The notes below the pieces were generated by a model, which saw nothing but the letters and a program-made list of their open reading frames with translations, was not told the origin of the DNA and did no database searches. DNA of 64,000 nt, from the NCBI GenBank assembly GCA_002633005.1, contig NMRA01000022.1:238056-302055 (forward strand). Direction: 5' to 3'. This document shows positions 40,798 to 53,850 of this stretch, piece by piece. The stretch's first letter is position 1. The number at the start of each line of letters is the position of its first letter. Position numbers and translations under genes: made by a program. Origin of the DNA: Phoronis australis. Its lineage: Eukaryota; Animalia; Phoronida.

Positions 40798-42416
40798 TTC
40801 TTTGATTTCACGGTTCAGCTTGCGTTTCTAGTCGAATCAACACGAAATTCGTGCCATATGTGCGTATATGGTCAATAGTTTGAGGCTTATTGATTTTGGT
40901 TGAAATCGACACAGGCTTACTAGTGTTGTATATGCGACTTTCTATGGGATACTTAGATTGTGATTAGATCTCGCCAACAGATGTCTGGCTGGTGTCATCT
41001 CTTTCTCATTAGAACTTGTTGTTCTCCAATTATTCAAGATTTGTGGGATGTCCCTTTTGTAAACCACAATTTTTGCTCGATTGACGTGAAATTTTAAATC
41101 GTCAGGTACCTGGTGAATAGCTTAAGACCTCAGTTGAAGTTGGAAGCAAACTGACGCAGAGGGGGCCATTTTTCTGTTTATGGAGCCATAACTAAAAAGC
41201 TACCAAAGTTGTTTAATCCGGTTCTATTTATAGTTTACTGTTATGAAGTTACTCAAGATTTTGTCACGAATGTTCCATTTTGACTGAATGTGGCTGGTAG
41301 ACCTCCGTAAAGTTTAGCAAAAGAAAAATGATGAGACTTACTAATTCAAGTTTCATGCAGCGTCCGTTAAGTCGCTGGCAAGTGAAGTAAACTCTGACGT
41401 CTCCTAATCGACGCTGAGCTTTCCACCATATTTTTAGTTCTGCAAATATCTGATAGGTGTCTCTCTAGGCATCCCTTAATGATCAACTTTAAAATGGCCA
41501 TGAGTAGCTGATACAGCCAGCTTTGTACAAAATGTTACTCCAGTTTGAGGGAAGTTTCAAGTGTTGAAATAAATATTCTGTTTTAACTATTTTCTGACTG
41601 CTTTCACTTAAGCTAAAAATGAAAATCTAAATACAAAGTTCAAGAAAGCAGCAACGATCGATGGATTTTCATGCTGGTGGCCATGGTGACTGATCATTAC
41701 AAAAGTCATGAACTTAGTCACTCACTATGATATTCAAATTTGATGTGTTGTCCTCACAGAGATTTGTCCAGATTCTGACTGTTTTGAAAACTTATAAAGT
41801 CTTTTTGATCACACACAATTTGCGAAGAAATGGTAAATAGTTCCATTTGTGTTCCCAAATGTGCGGGGAAAAGTTCAAAATCGTCAACTATTTTCTTAGT
41901 TTCTCAGAAAATGTAGTAAGCGTTAGTAAATCTAGGAAGTTACGGTCATGTTTGACAGGTTGAGCAACTAAACTTTAAAGTTGCTTTCAGCAAGTAAGCT
42001 TGAGCTGAAGCCAGTTCCATAAATCTGAGGTCGCGTTTTGTGTGCTCTGCCTTGTCAAATCAGATCCTGTCATGTTTTAAAAGTGTTAATAGTAGGTATT
42101 GTCTAAATTGTTTGTTATTGACTTAAGTGTTCCTTTCCACCAAAATTTCTCCTTGATTACATTCTTATTGACATGTAATGGGCTTAATTTGACCTTGTAG
42201 TTTCCATAATTGTTCATCTATTTAGCACACACTGATGGGCGAGTGAAGTTTCATTGCCTCAGATTTCTTCAGAAAATAAGGATTAATAATACGCCAGTCT
42301 GTTCTTAACGTGGATTGAACTGTGTAGGTGTCACAATACAACACTTGGTTTCCATTACCGGTATCTGTAGCGAGGTTATGAGCCTTTAAAAAAGATGGAA
42401 ATGATTTTTATGGTAA

Positions 42417-43696
42417 TTTTTGTGCGCCCACATATTTGTATGTGGACGCATCATGTTGTCATCTCCGTCCGTCCGTCCGGGTGGCGTCTGTCCGCCGTCC
42501 GCTGCTCTATCTCCAAACCCTTTGACACATGTTCTTGAAATGTGGCATATATATGTTCCATTTATGAATAGGACGGCATGAGTGAACTTTCGGACGGATC
42601 CGACTACCGGTGTGCCCCCTAGTGGCAATTTTAGTTTTTTACGCTTACCTTTGTATCTTCAACAGTCCTTAACGGATTTTCATGAAATTTAATATGTAGG
42701 CACCTATTAGTGAGGTGACGCTATCCTCCCGTTTTCGGATGGATTCGATGTAGTTTGCGCCACCTAGTGGCCATTTTTACTGTTTTGGAGTCTGTTTTTT
42801 ACGTCCACCCCTCTATCAACCAAACTGCTCAAAGACTGATTGTGAAAATTGGCATGTATGTGCTTGCTATAAAGAGGACGGTTGACAATGATTTTCCGAT
42901 GATTTCGACTACTGTGGCGCCTCCTAGTGGCAGTTTTGTTTTTGTTGCGCCTATGGCTGTATCTCCTAAACCGTTCGCAGGATCTTTACTTAATTTAGCA
43001 AGTGTATTTATGTGATGTTGATTACGGATGACGACGACTTTCAGACAGATCTGACTACTGCTGTGCCCCCTAGTGTCAATTTTAGGTTTTTACGTTTAAC
43101 TCAGTATCTTCAAAGGTCCTCAACAGATTTTCATAAAATGTTAAATATGGGCATCTATTGGTGTGATGATGCTATCTGTTTTTTGGATGGAATCGAGGTA
43201 TTTTGCACCACCTAGTGGCCACGTTTGCTGTTTTCAAATTTTGTTTTTGGTGTCCATCCCTGTATCAACCAAATCATTTGAAAAATATGTTCTCAGTGTG
43301 AAGACGACCTTTGATGATGGTGACCGATTACTGTGGCGCCTCCTAGTGGTAGTTTTGTTTTGCACCCATAGTTGTGTCTCTTAAACCCACTGCAGGATCT
43401 TAACTAAATTTAGTAAGTGTATTTATGTGAAGATAACAACAGACGACGACCACTTTCAAGCGGATCCAACGGACACTGTGCCCACTAGTGGCAATTTCAT
43501 TTTATTCTGTTTTCCTTTGTTTCTCTGAAGTTCCTTGACAGATTTTTATGAAATATGACGTGTTCCTGTTTTTGGATGGATTGTATGTTTTTGCGCCATC
43601 TAGTTTCCATTTTTATGATGCAAATAAACAACCCTAAAAGCACATCATTTGCAATGCATTCGTGGGCGCATTTCAACGTTCCGCGTTGTTCTTGTT
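42417..43696 (+). mobile_element. HINE/Helentron-like element, copy 4
   Basis: 5' subTIR hairpin tgcgcccacat(42423-33)/atgtggacgca(42440-50); (TCCG)n at 42464-78; tandem core; 3' subTIR gtgggcgca(43662-70) + caacg/cgttg stem-loop; T-rich flanks, no TSD. Confidence 0.8.
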
Positions 43697-43762
43697 TTGT
43701 GTGAAGTAAGTGGGAAATTACTGGTCTTTCACAGTGCCATCATTCTGTTCTTTCTCTTCCAG

Positions 43763-43815
43763 GTAAATTGAGAGATTGGTTTGAAACATCCATAAAAGTC
43801 CAGGATAAACCCTTG
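43763..43815 (+). other. candidate 53-nt internal exon of an unidentified plus-strand transcript
   Basis: Long pyrimidine tract ttctgttctttctcttccag| and donor ttg|gtgagt; one open frame (KLRDWFETSIKVQDKPL). Confidence 0.45.
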
Positions 43816-45149
43816 GTGAGTCTCCCTTTAAAGTAATTCTAATACACCTTAAAATGATGTTAAGCTATGTTGTTGTTTCACTCAAAACTGAAAGTCTTCT
43901 GAGAGCTAAATGGACTAGTCGGCTTAAACACCTTGACTATGCAAGCCAGTTCTAGCCTATACCTTTTTACTCATATGGACCACTAAAATCTGCGTGCAAA
44001 GTAATCCTCTATCCTCAGTTTGATCGCTAGTGTGTGCACAGGACCCTCGCTCACCTAAGGGGAAAGGTAGCTGTCTTCTGGTTGAGAGGGAAATAACTCC
44101 GTTCTAGTTACCACCCTTCATCGGCAATGCCTCAAACAGTCGAGACTAACATCTTCCAGAAATTCTTCTAATCTTAAATGGAGTTTTTTAATCATTAGAA
44201 GAAAATTTTTGGTCCGAAATATCTTTCATTGGGAATGGGGCTAATATTTGGCCCCCAAATCGAGGCATCGAGTTACCAGCCTGTTATGTGAGCCTATCAA
44301 GTGCTTTACTGTGGATTCATTTTGTTCTAGTGAAAGAGACATTGATCGTAGGACATATCATCATTGTACTGGTCAGACTAACTCATTGTCTAATTCCCTA
44401 TCCTTTGAAAAGTTTAAGTAGTCAGCTCTTACAGGATTTTCCGCAGTTTGAGAACCAGTTATCCACTGAAAAATGAACATCAAACTGGTTCTCGAAATTT
44501 TCTGAGTTACATGTCGAGTTACATGAACAAAACCGTTATGTCTTGTATGCTGGAAAAGTCTCGACACATCTTGCCCATTCACCTGCCCTGAAATTGTTAC
44601 CTTGAGGGTATAAATGAATCACAAATTGTCCATTGGCAGTCAGTTTTATTCACCGCGTGTGATTAACTTGCTCTGATCTAAGTGTTATCACAATTTGATC
44701 TTAAGATGCATCTGACTACTGTGGCACCCTCTTTTGGCAGTTCAATTTTCGAGAAACATACTTGCTGGTCAATTTTTGACCCAATGACTTGCAAAATTTT
44801 GTTGGAAATTTATCATGATGATAAGAACATATGGGCTGCACCTTAGCTTCCAGTCTGTGTATGGCAGGGATAATTTTAAGACCAATTTTATTGATACACT
44901 GGGATTCTTTAACTTGAGAATACGGGGCCATTAAAATTGGAAGCAAAAAGGACAAATACTAACGTGGCCCACAGGTTCTCTAAATTGCCCATAAAGATAA
45001 CATTGTCTTGGTCAATTCACCCATACTCACATTTTCTAAAATGATGTCTGCTATGGTCACATCCTAACTGTTAGTCACCAATAATCACATCCCGAAAACG
45101 AAAACATCAGTGTTCATTTGTGGAGGCAGAAAAATGCTTTGTATTATGA

Positions 45150-45500
45150 TTGACCTAGTTTTTGAAATGTAAGGCTGCTGGCACACTTCTGAGCCTTGTC
45201 ATGCCTCATTCAGCTTTTCATTTTTTTTCTTCATTGCAACACACTGCGTGACAATAGAACTCATCAGAAAGACATATGACAAACTAATGTTAAATATAAT
45301 GGTGATTAGCACAGAGGCAGTGTTCAGCTATGGCAGGGCATGGGACCCATGAAGGCATAGCATTCTGGGTAAAATATTGGAGAATCAGAGAGGGCGTTGT
45401 AGTGTACTAGGAAATGTCTGTTACGTACTTCAGAAGGTGGTATTGCTTTGGTATCAGTCATCTCATCCCAGGTATAGGCCTCGCAGAGCAAGGTTGCACA
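45150..45500 (+). repeat. dispersed repeat starting ATTGACCTAGTTT
   Basis: Inverted homology to 6880-7236. Confidence 0.6.
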
Positions 45501-46589
45501 GCAAAATAATATCTGGGTCAGTGTGCGTGCATCTGTGTGACTAGTTGCTAGTGGTAAGCCATTTTACACTAATTACCAGAATTCAGTTAGCCGAGATGTG
45601 GACACTGTAAAAACCGAAGGATTGAATAATTCGTATACTGTCGGTGACCATACGGGTCTTAGCAATGCCTTTACATCAGAACATGGTACTCCTTCATGCG
45701 AAGTACAATATGTTAGCTTAGCTTTGGTTTCAACTAGGGATTTTTACGTTGAAAACTCAACTGGGATTTAGAATAATGACCATATCGTAAATGCTGACCA
45801 TGGAATTCTTTAGAATTAGAGCCATATAGTAAAGTAATTTAGTGATCACCGAATGGTTACCAAAAATGATGGTATTTTGCTGTACTTCAGTATCTGAAGA
45901 TCTCGTCATCAGAAATGTATCAGTTTATGTGCACATTTGAATATGTCATATTCAGTGTCCAATACATCCTTGCAGAGATTGTGTGTATTAAATAAGACAA
46001 TATTTTCCACGAACTTGAAAAATCACAAGTTCGCATTAGTCTCAGAGGGCTTGTTGATCGTTCAGATACATATTTCTGCTTTGATCTGCTAATGAGATTT
46101 TCATAGCCGATTTCAAATGGATATCAATTGCTATCAGAAACACTATTAAGACACTTGTCTTTTGATGATCTCTGTCCGCGTTTGATGGTTTATTAGTTTT
46201 TGTAAAAAAGTTTCATCAGAACTGAGTATATTTTTGATAAATTACGTGATAACTGTTTGTATGTGGTACAAGATGACACTCAAACATTTTCAGTATTCTC
46301 CGTGACGTGTCGTAGCATGTCGCTGCCATCCGTTTGGGACCAAACTACTGACATTTAAATAGCCATTATCGACCTGTTCAAGAAAACAGCGACGCATATT
46401 GGAATTTTTTGTTCATTGTGCAACTCCATATTAATGCGGAATTTTCGTTTCTCCTTTAGTTGATACCTTTATTTGCTTGTGTTTTTGTCGTCAAAGTTTT
46501 TTGTGCATGTCAAAAGTAGTGTGATGAAATGATGTATGTAGTTAATGCTACCGTATTGCAACCTTATGTCACATTTGTAATGACCAGTA

Positions 46590-46759
46590 ATTGACCTATC
46601 GCTAGGATTTTGAGTGAACGGACCTATCAGGACATAGCATTCTTGACACACATCCATTTCCAAGCTGCCATTTTACGCGACAAACAACACGTTGCCGGGT
46701 AAAGCTTATTGTTTGTTTGTCGACATTTCGCAAGGGGGCGGAGCTTGCGGTAGGTCAAT
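46590..46759. mobile_element. 170-bp MITE with TIR ATTGACCTATCGC / GCGGTAGGTCAAT
   Basis: 12/13 inverted match; homolog at 62602-62746. Confidence 0.7.
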
Positions 46760-47639
46760 TTTATTAGAGGTTTAGGAGGTAGATATGCCATTCTGTAAAT
46801 GGGCATTTTCCTGTATATACCGGTGACATGACGAAAAGCACTTTGTCACTAGATGGCGATAGTATAGTTGGAGAACAGTGTTCTGCATAGTTTCCTGCAT
46901 TTTTGTAAATTTTTTAGGACCACCGTCAGGCACCATGCTGCCAAATTGAATCTGTTGCACGATGCGATATCCAAACAATTCACACATAAATACACTGAAA
47001 GTCTCAAAATGTCCACGAATGTCAAACTGGCCTGTCTTGCATACCACAATTCGAAAGATGCTGTTTTGCTTTAACAATTGTAAAGAGTAGTATGTTGACA
47101 ATTTGCTATCAAACCAATATGCTACACGATGACAAGTCATTGTCTGTTTGAATTAGTCATCATGACAAGCTAATGTTATTTTGATGAACACCTTTTTCGA
47201 GTGCTGAACCTTTTATTGAAGGCACTTCAGGTCGGAGTCCGCAGGGGTTCGAGCAATTCAGCCATCCATACTTTGCTGCTCAGTGAAAGAGCATGAATGA
47301 CCTTCCCATATCTGTTCATTGTCAGACCCCCTCTCAATATGATCCTGGATCTGTGTCTGCAAAAATTGGTTGTCAGTTCTTAAGTGATGTGACTTGTTGC
47401 CCTTCCTATGTCTCAGTATATGGAAATGGGGGAGGAGCCTGGCTCATCAATCCAATGGTACGAAAATAACGTTGCATAAATGTAGTGTTGTGTAAATTTG
47501 TGCTTGAGGTATCAATTGCTACAAGTAGGTATACACGTTTTTTCAAATAGATACATCTGATGGTAACTAAATTTGAATTCTGCAATTTTAAAATTATTTT
47601 ACAATTAAGATTACCTAATCGCTGGCTTTCATAAGAGGC

Positions 47640-47797
47640 CTCAACACATTTGCTTCATATTCTCTCACTTACTCAAGTCAAGATCTGTGCTAGAAGGCGT
47701 GAACTAATGATACAGTGCCCGTAATCTTCTAGCCAACATTGATCTCGAACTCACGATTCATGAGTGAGAGCCTGTTGTTCAAACCATTGTCCTATAC
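47640..47797 (-). mobile_element. degenerate tRNA-derived SINE-like head
   Basis: Minus strand TAGGACAATGG (A-box-like) and GAGTTCGAGATC (B-box-like) at tRNA-like spacing; 3' boundary uncertain. Confidence 0.35.
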
Positions 47798-49678
47798 CGT
47801 TTTCATATTTGGTTTTGTTACGGTAAAAATTCTCGAGTTGGGGCAGTGAAAATTCAAGTTGGTTAAGGTCGGAGCTTGTGGCAAAATTTAGAAATAGTAG
47901 GCTATACTGGCTTTCTCAGATTTAAGAATTCCAAGAAAAAGACAAATTTTGTGTCGGCAACTATTTTTGACGACTTTATCTCAGACTTAGTTGGTACAAA
48001 ATGTAATGTCCAATATCTGAGAAATATCATAACTACCAAAATTACCCATTTCCCAATCTCCAGACTCAGGAAAATTCATTTTTGATTTGAATATCACTGT
48101 CCCAAATTTTAGAGAGTCTCAAATTTTAGAAACAGTCCAACACTAAAGAATTTTCCCTACTTGTTTAATTGTACATAATAAGGTCTATTATCTGACCATC
48201 AAATTGAGGATAAGTGATCACAGCTTTATATTTATAGTGTCCAATTTTACACATTATTTGACACAGGGCATTGCAAACTGTGTTTGTGCATTCTGCATCT
48301 TCAGCAGCAAAAATCTGATTTGTACTTTTGAGTTATTCTATTTGATTACTTTTCTTAAAGTTAAGTTAAAATCTCATCTATTTCATACAAAAAATTGCCT
48401 GTTCTTCTTTTTCCAAGGGTTTCTAAACGTTGTTGCGAACGCACACAATTTTTCAAAATGTCTGATTGTAACTATGGTTCAGAACTAGAACGTGGAAAAG
48501 CATTAGTTTTGCGCCACACATCATCTATGAAAAAATGAGGAAACAAGATGTCACTTATCTGCCATGTTATGTCATTGGTGAGATTGTAACCGAAATTTCG
48601 GCCTGTTTAACTGGCTGTGATACAAAAATCGAATTTGGCTTTTTACTCTCATTAAACCGGTTGCAATATTCCTTATAGCGATAGGGAGAAATGTAGCTTT
48701 GAATATTGCAATGTTGTTCTTTTTATAGTAGATAAACCAGGCTCTGATGCTGTGCCTGTAAATACTCCTGGCTGGATTGCTAGTGGGGGAGTCCTGTTTG
48801 TTCAACCTCTTGTTCATAATATCCAACAACTGGGGAACTGGATCCAGCCAGCAATCTGATTAGGTTGATAGTATCCATTCAGGAAACTGTGTCAATGAAA
48901 AGCAGACGTATCACTACAGTTTTCCCACACTTCTGATTTTTGAACCAACAGACAACCACAGTTCGACTGGCTCAACAACGAAAACCTAACACTGTTTTTC
49001 ATAGGAGATCTGTTGTTCTCGGTAAGCTGGCTTTGCTTTTGTTACAGTTTCCAGGACTGAAAGCATTCAATGTCTTATTACGTGGTTGATAATGAATTAT
49101 TGAACTATTGTGATTTTTGTTTGATCCCCCTGTTCCGCCTGTGATGTCCTGCTTGCATTAAGCATGTACATAGCTGAGAGGCTTCAGTAAACGAAAGACT
49201 TCCAAGTAGTTACTGTCGTCTTCACATTGGTTTAGCGTAACCAGTCCAACTATGATTTTTATCCTGTAATCTACTAGGCTTCAGTGAAGTTTTGTGAAGC
49301 CTAACTGAGTCCAAGTTTGGTTTTGCATTTTTTGTTTTGTTTTGCTTTGTTTCCATGACTAAGCAATGTCTGGATGGATTCCTGTGTATTTGTTAAGTGC
49401 GAGCACTACAAAGATAAGATTGATGTCTGCCACATTTGAGAAGGTTGATAGTTTTTAAGCTGAGCAAGTTGATTGTGTAGGTCCAAACTAGACCTACTCT
49501 TGGCATCTGTAGTCAATTGAATAGCAAAAGCTAAAAAGAAATGAATGAACCTCCAAATTATCATTTTATTAATATGTATTGAGGTAAACAGACGTCAGTT
49601 GCGTTTAGCATGAAATAATTCATGGTTTCTTGCTTCAGCACTATTGAGGTATGCAAAGACTGGCAGTAGTCACATACA

Positions 49679-49755
49679 GGGGTCCCTGGATTTTGAGAAC
49701 CGGTTTGGTGCCTGTTATTCAGTGAAGAAAACTGGTTCTCAAAATGTAGGGCCCC
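49679..49755. repeat. short palindromic element (ggggtccctggattttgagaaccggttt ... aaactggttctcaaaatgtagggcccc)
   Basis: ~28-bp imperfect arms; related hairpin at ~44447-44497. Confidence 0.6.
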
Positions 49756-52700
49756 GGTTAGTGACTTCCTGATACCATTGCCTTACTCCAGTGTGTAGCA
49801 CATAATATGGCAGGTAATTTTGTTTTGTGTACATTCGCAACAAAATAGCCATTAAGAAAATTTTATTCTGTTGTAACCTTCGTTTGTAGGGTGACTGTGT
49901 CATAAACAGCAGTTGAAGTTAACAATACTAATATTTATTGCAAGCTAAACAGTCTTTAAGAAGTAGAAAAAGATAACTACTTTGGCAATTATGGTAAAGT
50001 CTAACCAATTTAGGACACAGTATGGCCGACTAATGAAATTTTATTTCATGGGTTTTTTCCATGCAGGACGTGCCATCTAAAATTGAGACCTTTCTATGTG
50101 CAGGTTCCACACCATAGTTGTCACCAGATGCTGGTTTGATAACTGTGACCATTCACAACAATCTTTGGAAGCACTTGAAAATTGAAAAACTGCAATTTTA
50201 GTAATTACTTTTGTCCGCTATTAGTGAGATGTTACCGTATTTTTGTATGAAGTAAGCGGGGAATTATCTTAACACTGTAGCCGCATGTTAACTGTGTAAC
50301 TGCTTGATCGGCAGGATGGCAGAAAGGTATTTGACTTCCAAATAATGTAAGATCTCCTCAGCTGCATTGCATCTCTGATTTGACATTTGCTATGACATTT
50401 CTACAAGGTGCTTGTGTCTGCCCAACCATGACTAGCAGTTTGCCTTTACCTTCAGGTACTCGGTATGCTATTTATCTGGTAAGCATACTGTCGGCTTGTC
50501 CTCATAGATTGATAGTTAAGGTGCTTCCAAGTGAGCACATTGATCACCTTTTCTCTGAGAATTAGCAATATCTGAGTTAGGCTGCGTAAAAGGCGCTGTA
50601 TCCTCTTCACATATGTGGTGAAATTTTCTGTTACATTTTACTTAAAACAATCTCCCACCTCCGAAAACCTAATCCTCGTAATTTTTTATTGGATATGCAG
50701 TAAAATGTAAGAGTAGATTAGACAAAATACGATTTCCCCTTCTTAACGGCTAATTCTGTAAATTGCAAAAATTCCAATAACTATTGGTGCGGCAAAATAC
50801 TGAAAATGGTTTACGCACCTTACTAACCTTTCTGTTAAATCCCCTTCATTTTCGATCATCATGGCAGACTAGCATTCTAACAATGAATTTGACTTCCTCC
50901 TAGCAGTCTTGACGGAAATTCCAGGTCGTTTTGTTTGAATACTTTTGCCTCGTACTGAACCATGCGTGGTTGTTTATTAGGCTTGTGTACCAATGTTCTA
51001 AGGCGTACTTATATTTGGAATTAGGCATGTGTGCATATGCGTGAACAATCAAAGTAAAACTATGCCGGAAAGTGATGCTCTGCACATACATGTGGGCTCA
51101 TCGCAGCAATTTTTAAAAAAATATTTTGGGCTATTTGGCTCCTGGAATGTAGTGAAGAATCTTACGATTGATATGGGCCCACATAATATGTCTAGAGGTA
51201 CTGTACTGTGTTAAAAAATATTTTTAACACTTAGGCTTAAATTGTTTAACTCAGTAAAAAATTACACGTTATTCGAGTACAGTTCAATGCACTAGTTCAC
51301 CCTTTATAAATATGCAAACTTTAAAATCAATTTTGCGACAGTCACTGAATTGAATTGTTACCTGTTATTCCTAGTATTAAATAAAACTTCTGAGAATGTG
51401 ATCTTATCTCAGTTACAATCTTTGTAATAAGCTGTCAAACCAGATCACATCAAACTGTTGCACATGCAAGGGGAATGTCGGTTGTCTTGATTTATTTTTT
51501 AGTGAGACTAGTCATGTGGCAGTATAAAGTCCTGAAATAAGGCAAGTTGACACCTCTTATTTTTTGTAGTTAGAGACTAGCCAAAATGGATGTCATAGGT
51601 GTTGTTTTTGGCTTAATAGACGGGCTAGTCTGATTGTCTTACTTTGAAGTTTGCCATTTTCGTCCAAAAGAAGCTATGTAATGGTGATTTAAGCGTTATA
51701 AAAATGAGTATTAATGACAATATATTCTCTTACTAGCATGTGTTGCATTATATTAATCCTGTAAAACAACGCTTCTTTTTGTAACCCGATATTGAACCTT
51801 AAAAAACGAAAAATGACAAGTTTTGGCAGCTGGTTTATCGACAACAAATGAAGAAGTACAGCAGTTCCTCGAAAATTCTCCAGTTCAGTGATTGCATTGT
51901 AAAGGAGTCCAACCACTTTATCTCATGTGTCACTCTGGCACTTGGCTAACGAAAAAAGTGAGATCGCATGAATTACAGAACAGTCCGCAGCAGAAATTCT
52001 TTTACATCTGTTTTCTATGTACAAGTGTAGCTGTTTTAAGTCATGTACTGTTCTTGAAAGCACCAACTTTCTTTACTGGAGTTCTTCCTATTACAAAGCA
52101 GTGTCACTGCGTTTTAGTGCTTTGAACTGAAATTGGTTATAATTAATCGTTTGGAATTCCACCAACAGTTATTGTGCATTAGTGACTAAAACCAACCCGC
52201 TGTGACATGCCACTCAACTCTTTCACTGCCAAGTTCTTTCAGAAGTGCATTTCCCAGTGCCAACTGAGTTTTGAGGAAACTTAGAAAATGTGTTGTGATT
52301 ACTAAGAATGTGAAATTGGTATTATTTGACCTTTTGTTATGAAATCTGTGAGGGAAGTCTACAAGTGTTAATTGATATTTTAAAATTATAACACCATACG
52401 TTGAGGCAGGTATTTGCTAAGAAGAAAATTCAAGATTTCATGTCCATAGTGTCCTCCACCATCTTAAATTCTAATTTTGTTAAAGTAAACAGACTCAATT
52501 CGCGTGCTTTCTTTAGATTGTCAAAATCTCGCAATTATGCCGATTCTTTGAATATTCTGAATTGTCACAAAATATCACGAACTCATTTTTCTTTCTAACA
52601 ACTTTATATTTGCAATTTTGTTGTGTACTTAAAAATGCCAATGTTTGTTTTAATCCGATAATTTGCAAGGTCAGCCAGGTTGTCACCCCAGTGGTCTTAC

Positions 52701-52837
52701 TCATACTGTTAGTTAATCCTTAATACATGTGTCCTTTTCACATTATGTTAAATCTGCTAGCAGCAAAGTGTCCAGATAAACTGTAAAGTTAACTTGAGCT
52801 TTCCCATAGCTGCAGTAGTTATCAGACATTGGAGTTA

Positions 52838-52853
52838 CCACTAGGGGGCGCTA
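52838..52853 (+). promoter_or_regulatory. consensus CTCF-like motif CCACTAGGGGGCGCTA
   Basis: Near-perfect match to the bilaterian CTCF core, outside any recognised repeat. Confidence 0.5.
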
Positions 52854-53317
52854 TCATCATTGAATATATCGCATTGCTATCTTCGTTTGTTCAAACGAAG
52901 CACCAAAGCATTAATCTTAGCTGGAAAGGCCTTCTAGAGAAAGCAACAACCATTGTGAATAATGTATAAGTTAGTTTGCGTGTGCAAACGACCCTGCAAT
53001 ACACGTGTAAAGATGGTAGAAATTGATCGCCATGTGTCGTTTTCGTTTTTTACTCACTACTTTAAGAAAAATCTGCCACTGATTGCCGAGTCCCTGTGGA
53101 GACTGATGTAAAATTAACTTGTTTACGAAGCCTTGTGCTCTACGACACTATTGCGCATGTATTACAAGTGCCCAGCTCGAAACCGTGGACTCGTGTATGA
53201 GCAAGTACTTCACTCGCTAATAGGCATGAATGTTACTGGGTAAATCATCTAGAGGCATTTTGTCTGAGCAATAACAACCTACTTGTCTATTTTCTAATTT
53301 GAGTAAAGACAATTTCA

Positions 53318-53646
53318 TACTGTCGTCGACATGCCGACATTTTGGGACATTGTGGTCAGTATGAACGGTTAACTTCGGTCCTGGATAGAAGTTAACAGCG
53401 CCAGGTAACTTTACAGTAAACAGGCGAATTTAATGGCGGAGTGCTGACGCTTTGGCTTGGTTAAACGTTCAGCAATGTCTTCTTGAAGTTATCAGCAGGG
53501 CCTGTACCTCACGTGATTACTTCAATGACGACAGCGTCACCTTCCCATTACTTCTATGTCCATTAACTACTGAAGCTGGTGTGAATGGTTCAACTAACTT
53601 TGTAGTGTACATCGAGGCTCCAGAGTTAAGTTAGTGCAAAAGGGCC
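53318..53646 (-). mobile_element. internally deleted, inverted copy of the same MITE family
   Basis: ggtcagtatgaacggttaacttcggtcc and aactactgaagctggtgtgaa are reverse complements of family blocks; ends tagtgcaaaagggcc-tta. Confidence 0.6.
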
Positions 53647-53850
53647 TTAAGGAGCTAGCCAGGATTGGTTTTAGAGAACACTGCTGCAGTTGGTTTAAAT
53701 TAGAAAGTGCAGGTTTATTCCCTTTTTCATGACTATTTTGTTGTGCATTATTTGCTCTTAAATCAACTCTAACCCATAGAAAATGACCGAAGTTGGAATA
53801 AAAAATATGGTGTTAAACATTCTGAATTTTTTGAATTAGTTATTCATACA

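Noticed and set aside
39088-43696. Repeated ORFs with IVKIG.YVL / APPSG motifs suggesting a multigene family
   Set aside because: Chance translations of a non-coding tandem repeat; frames and stops are not conserved between copies
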